Shown here: one piece after another, positions 22,944-28,044 of the stretch
Layout of the letters: the number at the start of each line of letters is the position of its first letter
How positions within the stretch are numbered: position 1 is the stretch's first letter
Origin: an uncultured bacterium
GTDB lineage: Bacteria > JAJVIF01 > JAPKYR01
Direction of reading: 5' to 3'
Assembly (NCBI GenBank): GCA_965369865.1
Contig: CBDURU010000038.1
Coordinates: forward strand, 1-28,044
DNA length: 28,044 nucleotides
Notes under the pieces: generated by a model
What the model was told of the DNA's origin: nothing
The model's input: the letters and a program-made list of their open reading frames with translations, nothing else
Database searches by the model: none
Made by a program: the position numbers and the translations under genes

Positions 22944-23069
22944 ATGTTGCACAATTTTACGCCACAGGAAGTATTTCTGGTTGTTTTTGGGGGAATTGTA
23001 CTTGTTGCTTACATGGTGAACCGTATGCACGGTGTGAACGTGGTACGGAACAATCATGAACTTCATTGA
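22944..23069 (+). CDS. Small single-TM protein, 41 aa (MLHNFTPQEVFLVVFGGIVLVAYMVNRMHGVNVVRNNHELH), absent from the ORF track
   Basis: GGAGGT SD 7 nt before the ATG, a hydrophobic segment, an upstream -10 and a downstream terminator. Confidence 0.7.
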   Translation: MLHNFTPQEVFLVVFGGIVLVAYMVNRMHGVNVVRNNHELH

Positions 23070-23110
23070 TTAAAAAACGTTGCAGGACGCGTCGAGATAT
23101 GATCGAAGGT

Positions 23111-23147
23111 AAAAAATCAGCGTCCCGGTTTACGCCGGGACGCTTTT
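23111..23147. terminator. Bidirectional intrinsic terminator
   Basis: AGCGTCCCGG-TTTACG-CCGGGACGCT perfect 10-bp stem, with an A-tract before and a T-tract after. Confidence 0.85.
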
Positions 23148-23610
23148 AATTTAGTTATTATCCGAAATTACGGATATATCATCATATGCCGTTCAAGGTT
23201 ATTTACAGGTTCAAACTAATATCGTGCACCCGGACCAAGATGTATGAGGCTATACACGGGCAGTCGGACCATTCAAGTGTCGGGACTGAAACGGATTAAT
23301 TCTGTTTTGCCTTTAATTGTTTTTTTTTAAATTTATATTTGGAAATTTTTTTTAAACTTGTTTCGAGCATGACGGTACCTGGTTCCGCTTAATGCTTAAC
23401 ATGATTGGTCCATTTCATAAGTTCATTACAATATATGCAAGTGTCCTGCAACCCTGATAAACAGCGGGAGAGCTGGTAACACCCCGCGGGGTTTTATCTC
23501 TGGGTTGAATTGCAGGGCGTTTAAAGTTGTTGTAATAAGATGATATTATCAAAAATAACACGAAATTAATTCTAAAAGCCGTGAAACCCGCATGAAATCA
23601 GGCTTGGAGC

Positions 23611-23638
23611 TTGACAGACCTCGTTTGTGATGTATACT
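23611..23638 (+). promoter_or_regulatory. Sigma70 promoter upstream of HU
   Basis: TTGACA-N16-TATACT. Confidence 0.7.
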
Positions 23639-23778
23639 TGAAACTGTGTTATTAATGAAATCCGCTTTATACCTGATGGCAACCGGGATCCAACAACTCC
23701 AGTTGTCAACTAAAGTTCAGCGGTTTTTTTGAAAATAACACCTATTACATCTTATATCACTTCAGAAGGAGGCGTCGC

Positions 23779-24051
23779 ATGAATAAACAGGAATTAATTG
23801 AGGCTATCGCTACAGAGACTGGTCTCTCCAAAGCCGATTCCAAGCGTACCCTTGAAGCCTTTACTGGCATCGTTCAGAAACAGCTCAGGAAAGGCAATCA
23901 GGTTCGACTGATCGGCTTCGGCACCTTCTCAGTCAGAAAGCGAAAAGCGCGCAAGGGCATCAATCCCCAGACTGGCGAGCAGATCAGGATCAAAGCACGC
24001 AAAGTCCCGCATTTCGCACCTGGCAGCGAACTCAAGAACGCCCTTATGTAA
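23779..24051 (+). CDS. hup: DNA-binding protein HU
   Basis: MNKQELI, LIGFGTF, RKARKGINPQTGE, PHFAPG..LK; AAGGAGG ribosome-binding site. Confidence 0.97.
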   Translation: MNKQELIEAIATETGLSKADSKRTLEAFTGIVQKQLRKGNQVRLIGFGTFSVRKRKARKGINPQTGEQIRIKARKVPHFAPGSELKNALM

Positions 24052-24098
24052 GGGCGACCTGTTCACGATCTTATTAACAATCGATCTATTTCGGTAGC

Positions 24099-24139
24099 AA
24101 GAGTCGGACGCCATTCAAAGGCGTCCTTCTCTTTTTTTT
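24099..24139 (+). terminator. Rho-independent terminator of hup
   Basis: GGACGCC-ATTCAAA-GGCGTCC stem extended by AAGAG/CTCTT, then a T-run. Confidence 0.85.
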
Positions 24140-24191
24140 AAAACTCCTCCCGGATGGAAACTGGTAAAGGTAACTTAGAGTCCCTGACAAT

Positions 24192-24491
24192 CAGAGGCAC
24201 GACCGTCAGGGAGTGCATTGATGAATTATTTGGTGACGCACATATGGGGGCACTAGTTTACGTACGGGCTGCTGTTTTGTGCACTCCCTGACGGTCGTGG
24301 CTCTGTTACGGTCGTGGCTCTGTTACGGTCGTGCCTCTGTTACGGTCGTGCCTCTGTTACGGTCGTGCATTGATGAATTATTTGGTGACGCACATATGGG
24401 GGCACTTGCTTACGTACGGGCTGCTGTTTTGTGCACTCCCTGACGGTCGTGGCTCTGTTACGGTCGTGGCTCTGTTACGGTCGTGGCTCTG
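24192..24491. repeat. REP-doublet (REPIN-like) palindrome with 17-bp tandem amplification and a 152-bp-offset partial duplication
   Basis: 26-bp inverted repeat 24192-24217 / 24280-24305 (1 mismatch). ACGGTCGTG(G/C)CTCTGTT units at 24291, 24308, 24325, 24342, partial 24359, then 24443, 24460, partial 24477. The spacer is duplicated from 24365. Confidence 0.9.
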
Positions 24492-24573
24492 AATTCTTCC
24501 TCTACATCATTCAGCCCATGAATTTTACTCATTTTGTTAGAGTCTCTTAGTTCATTTTCCTTTATAATGCCCA

Positions 24574-26349
24574 TTGAACCAAATGGGCGAAAGCGAAGAG
24601 AAAAAATCGCCAGCCACACGGACTGGTATCTCAACCGTAACACTCCTTATTCTGATTGTGCTCCTGTCGGTGGTTATCAGGTTGTGGGGGCTTGATTTCG
24701 GCCTGCCGCAGCAGTTTCATCCCGATGAGCCGGTTGTTGTGTCCCGTGCCCAGTACGGGGTGGCGACGGGTGACTGGAATCCACGCGCGTTCCACTGGCC
24801 GAGTTTTCAGATTTACATCCTGGGTTTCGAGTACGGAGTATGGTACCAGGCCGGGAAGTTGACCGGCGCATGGGAAAGTGACGAACTAGACGATATTCCC
24901 ACCGGTGACCGTTTTATCGCTTATGCCCTGCGTGCCCCATCGGGATTTTATTACCTTGGACGGTTAACGACTGTTGTTTTCTGTGCGGGAATTGTCTGGT
25001 TGATGTTTGGATTTTCAAGGAGGTTTTTGGATGATCGCTGGGCTCTACTGGCATCCGCGCTGGTTGCGTTTCACCCGATAATGATCCGGCATTCGAGGTT
25101 TATCACTCCCGATATTCCGGCAGAATTCTTTTTCCTTGCAGCGTTGTTTTTCATGGACAGGTTGTATCTTGAGTTGCGTAAATCAAGGGGTAGTACCGCA
25201 ATTGATAAGAAATTTAAGGGCATTGTCTGGAGCGGAATACTCGCGGCCATTATGATCGGGCTCGGGACAGGCACAAAGTACCCTGTTGCCGTGCTGTCAA
25301 TACCGCTTGGATTAATTATCCTGCTGGCTCAGTCAGGCTTGGGGATATCTGGACGGATAATTTTCATTTTAAGGCTGGCTGTTACAGTCATTGTAACTTT
25401 TCTGATAACGACACCCTTCGCATTGATCGAATACGGACAATTTCTCAGGGACATCATGACGATCGGATGGCATGTCCAGACCGGGCACATCGGTATGGAA
25501 GCGAAAGGCGGGATCTGGATGGCGTCGATCGCAAGACTGATTCGAGATTCCGGCTGGGTCTGGACAACGGTCGGGCTTATCGGTTTGATCGGATTTTTTA
25601 CAGGCTTACGGAGAAAATGGCATCTTCTTTTCGCTTTCATATTTATTTTGATCGGACTCGCACCCCTGACCGTTTTCTCCGACCGGTACCTTGTGCCCCT
25701 GATTCCGTTTTTCGTACTCGGGATCTCATGGTTGTTCGAAAGGTTGTCGGTTCACACCATACAGAACAAACCAAGGATGATCATGGTCGCAGCGGTTGTC
25801 GTATTTTTCATGGTCAGCGTGTATGGCTTCAAAGTAATCTCAAACGACGCGCGCGTTCTGACTATGACCGATACCCGTGAGCTTGCACTCGAATGGGTGG
25901 AGGGTAATATCCCCGCTCACAGCATAATTGTGGAGGAGCAGGGCGGCCCGAATCTTAATACAAGTTTGCTTGTTCCCCTCGTTCCCGAACCATGGTACGT
26001 GATAGTCGAAATAACACCTTTATTCGCGCGGGGCGGTCCGGTCCTCGATCCTCTGGATACCCTGATACAGGTTCAGCCGGACTGGGTAATAATTTCGAGT
26101 AATACGCGCGATAGATATATGCGTGAGAGCGCGGCAAAGGAGTTCCCGGAGCTTGTCGCGGTTTTCATGGAGTATTACCGTTTAGTGGATAATTACCTTA
26201 TAGAGGAAGCCCGGTTTGTTCCGGAGGAAAATAAAATCACCGGTCCCGAAATTGTGATATACCGCGTACCAGATGACCTGTGGGACAGGGTTCTTCTTGA
26301 AACAACAACGGTCGGTAGTGTTCTGAACAGGGAGAATGAGGGGGAGTGA
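24574..26349 (+). CDS. Polytopic GT-C glycosyltransferase (ArnT/PMT-like, GT83/GT39-related)
   Basis: IRLWGLDFGLP..FHPDE first-loop motif, many TM helices, GTKYP, DRYLVPLIPF, extracytoplasmic C-terminal domain. Start either TTG 24574 or ATG 24583. Confidence 0.88.
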   Translation: MNQMGESEEKKSPATRTGISTVTLLILIVLLSVVIRLWGLDFGLPQQFHPDEPVVVSRAQYGVATGDWNPRAFHWPSFQIYILGFEYGVWYQAGKLTGAWESDELDDIPTGDRFIAYALRAPSGFYYLGRLTTVVFCAGIVWLMFGFSRRFLDDRWALLASALVAFHPIMIRHSRFITPDIPAEFFFLAALFFMDRLYLELRKSRGSTAIDKKFKGIVWSGILAAIMIGLGTGTKYPVAVLSIPLGLIILLAQSGLGISGRIIFILRLAVTVIVTFLITTPFALIEYGQFLRDIMTIGWHVQTGHIGMEAKGGIWMASIARLIRDSGWVWTTVGLIGLIGFFTGLRRKWHLLFAFIFILIGLAPLTVFSDRYLVPLIPFFVLGISWLFERLSVHTIQNKPRMIMVAAVVVFFMVSVYGFKVISNDARVLTMTDTRELALEWVEGNIPAHSIIVEEQGGPNLNTSLLVPLVPEPWYVIVEITPLFARGGPVLDPLDTLIQVQPDWVIISSNTRDRYMRESAAKEFPELVAVFMEYYRLVDNYLIEEARFVPEENKITGPEIVIYRVPDDLWDRVLLETTTVGSVLNRENEGE

Positions 26350-26360
26350 GGTGCAAGCCA

Positions 26361-27362
26361 TTATGTTATTCGTGGGCGGACAAATATTGCTCCGATGATA
26401 AAAATTACCGCCAGCGCCAGAAGAACCCGGTCAATTATTCCTGAGGTCACGAATCCCGCTAATGGGAAGCCATCCGGGGCTGAATATTCGGACTGAATTT
26501 TTCCGCTGAATCGTTCCAGCAATTTGATCGCAAGAATTTCCAATCTGGATTTATCGAGGGGATACTCATCGTTGTGATAAATCAGGATGTTGTACAGCGT
26601 ATCCGGGGAATCCCGGTAGGTTTCCATATTCGGTGCTGTTTCATCACGATCCTGTACCCAAGTTACATCAAGCCCTTCACAGTAGTGATCGCGGATTTCC
26701 CATGAATTGAGAGCGAACCCTTCGGTGCCGATCGCGACCGCGTTAAAAGTAGGGTCCTGGATAACCCAGCGATCACCGGCCCACACCTCTACAGTTGAAT
26801 GGGATGGGACATTTATTCCCGGGGCAGTGTAAAGCCCTACCCTCCTAGCTTGAACTTCGAAAGAATTCAGGGCCGCGATAAACAAATCCGCGAACGGTTT
26901 GCAGCTCGCACCTTTCCCGTCATGCATCAGTTCTATAACGACACTGGGATCCCGGTTATTGATTTCAAGTGACCGGTTGGACGCCTGCAGGCGGGTCCAG
27001 TTACGCAGCTCAGGAATCAGAGCATCAGCCTGGAGATCCTGAACGTCCCCAATATCGTTTAAAATCCAATCCCTAATCGCCTCGAACCGTTCGATGTCGG
27101 GGAAGAAATACGTTTGATCAATGGGTGCAGAATAAATACCAGTTGGTTTTGATATCGGACTGGCTGGCGCAAATCCATGGGGAAAATATTTCCTCATTGA
27201 AAAAAGAACCTGTCCTTCGGCAACAAGGCATAAGATTGCCAGAATAATGCAAATAATTCTGATGGACGGGGAATATTTCCAATGCTGGCTTGGCATTTCG
27301 ACATATCCTACCATATCCGGACCGAAACTATGTGACTGATTACCGGACAGATATTGTGGCAT
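26361..27362 (-). CDS. Transglutaminase-like domain protein with N- and C-terminal hydrophobic segments
   Basis: Cys-His-Asp triad pattern GASCKPFA...ARRV...SHSTVEVW...WVIQDPT. The true start may be 27296 (AGGA upstream). Confidence 0.8.
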   Translation of the reverse strand: MPQYLSGNQSHSFGPDMVGYVEMPSQHWKYSPSIRIICIILAILCLVAEGQVLFSMRKYFPHGFAPASPISKPTGIYSAPIDQTYFFPDIERFEAIRDWILNDIGDVQDLQADALIPELRNWTRLQASNRSLEINNRDPSVVIELMHDGKGASCKPFADLFIAALNSFEVQARRVGLYTAPGINVPSHSTVEVWAGDRWVIQDPTFNAVAIGTEGFALNSWEIRDHYCEGLDVTWVQDRDETAPNMETYRDSPDTLYNILIYHNDEYPLDKSRLEILAIKLLERFSGKIQSEYSAPDGFPLAGFVTSGIIDRVLLALAVIFIIGAIFVRPRIT

Positions 27363-27547
27363 TTAAATATTGAAATCAGCCTTGGAGGAATCTAAATATT
27401 TGGGGGAACCTGAATATAGGGAGGAGAAAAAGTAAAAATCCCGGATTGGGGCTTGTTTGACTTGAAAATACCGTAAAATTTGATATCATGAAATTATGGA
27501 TAAATCCGGGCCAACAAGCCTGAACTAAGGGAGGACGCGAGTAATAT

Positions 27548-27856
27548 ATGAAGGTAACACGCTGGAAGAAGAAAAAACAAGGTGAACCGAACCTTGAACT
27601 GATCAGGGGCCTGGTAGCTGATGAGGGATTGCGTTGCTACACCTGGAGCGATGCGCCCGGAAAGTTTTATCCGGAACACACTCACGATGAGGATGAGATG
27701 CGCTGGATTGTCCAGGGCAGTCTGGTAGTTGGAATCGAAGGCAAGGAGATCAAACTGAAAGCAGGCGATCGAATTGAGCTGCCGGCCGGATCATCACACT
27801 GGGCACAGGTGTCCGAGGATGGTCCGATCATCTACCTTTGTGCCACGAAGAATTAA
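27548..27856 (+). CDS. Cupin domain protein
   Basis: PGKFYPEHTHDEDE..WIVQG and L.AGD..ELPAG..H cupin motifs; GGGAGG upstream; TGATATCAT extended -10 at 27481-27489. Confidence 0.92.
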   Translation: MKVTRWKKKKQGEPNLELIRGLVADEGLRCYTWSDAPGKFYPEHTHDEDEMRWIVQGSLVVGIEGKEIKLKAGDRIELPAGSSHWAQVSEDGPIIYLCATKN

Positions 27857-27902
27857 CGTTACCAGCACAAAGACCTGAAATTATTTGAAACCAATGCCAG
27901 AT

Positions 27903-27926
27903 ACCGCCGTAAGGCGGTTTTTTTTT
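27903..27926 (+). terminator. Rho-independent terminator
   Basis: ACCGCC-GTAA-GGCGGT followed by a T-run; GNRA loop. Confidence 0.9.
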
Positions 27927-28044
27927 GCCGGGTATGTTCGGCGGTTTGGGAATGAGACCAATCCCATTTTATAATTCCTTTTTCAGGTGCGCGGGCCATC
28001 CAGTGGGGCTGCAACACAAAATTGCGGCAGGGAAGTGGGCGCGC

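Noticed and set aside
22844..23100. 6S RNA on the minus strand
   Set aside because: A short resemblance to the 6S 3' region exists, but there is no complementary arm to close the long rod.
23443..23518. Integron attC site
   Set aside because: GTTGAAT fits R' but the matching RYYYAAC is imperfect; there is no cassette ORF directly upstream and no integrase.
24291..24491. CRISPR array
   Set aside because: The 17-bp units are directly adjacent with no unique spacers, the one long spacer is duplicated, and there are no cas genes.
24458..24643. 61-aa minus-strand ORF
   Set aside because: Antisense to the GT-C start and ends inside the tandem repeat; likely spurious.
319..27685. Remaining short ORFs overlapping the called genes (e.g. 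7822..8340, 10315..10770, 3362..3805, 16454..16900)
   Set aside because: Shadow or alternative-frame ORFs of well-supported genes, with no motifs.
27859..28044. 3' end of a YkgJ-like gene on the minus strand (ARPLPCRNF)
   Set aside because: Only a few residues match, the frame runs through a terminator, and the window edge prevents confirmation.

Overview
Bacterial chromosomal window with housekeeping and cell-envelope genes. I see no integrase, transposase, rRNA, tRNA or CRISPR array. Recognisable genes: metG, a parvulin/TPR lipoprotein, a TlpA-type thiol-disulfide oxidoreductase, folD, a FapA/DUF342 protein, M28 and M42 peptidases, galU, an S9-like alpha/beta hydrolase, an orphan ABC ATPase, an Ig/FN3 lipoprotein, HU, a GT-C (ArnT/PMT-like) glycosyltransferase, a transglutaminase-like protein and a cupin. 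The best candidate for an undescribed system is a pair of paralogous lipoproteins (733 aa and 1939 aa). They share a ~340-380 aa N-terminal module I cannot assign to a family but carry different C-terminal passengers: a beta-propeller-like region in one, and 13 tandem Cys-containing Ig-like repeats plus a tip domain in the other. This suggests a modular surface-display family. Other notable items: an unannotated 41-aa membrane peptide behind a riboswitch-like leader, a second unassigned structured RNA candidate (~11073-11231), a FolD lacking the cyclohydrolase lysine, a circularly permuted parvulin lacking its histidines, and a REP-doublet-like palindrome with tandem amplification. All family calls come from motif recognition by eye; no searches were run.
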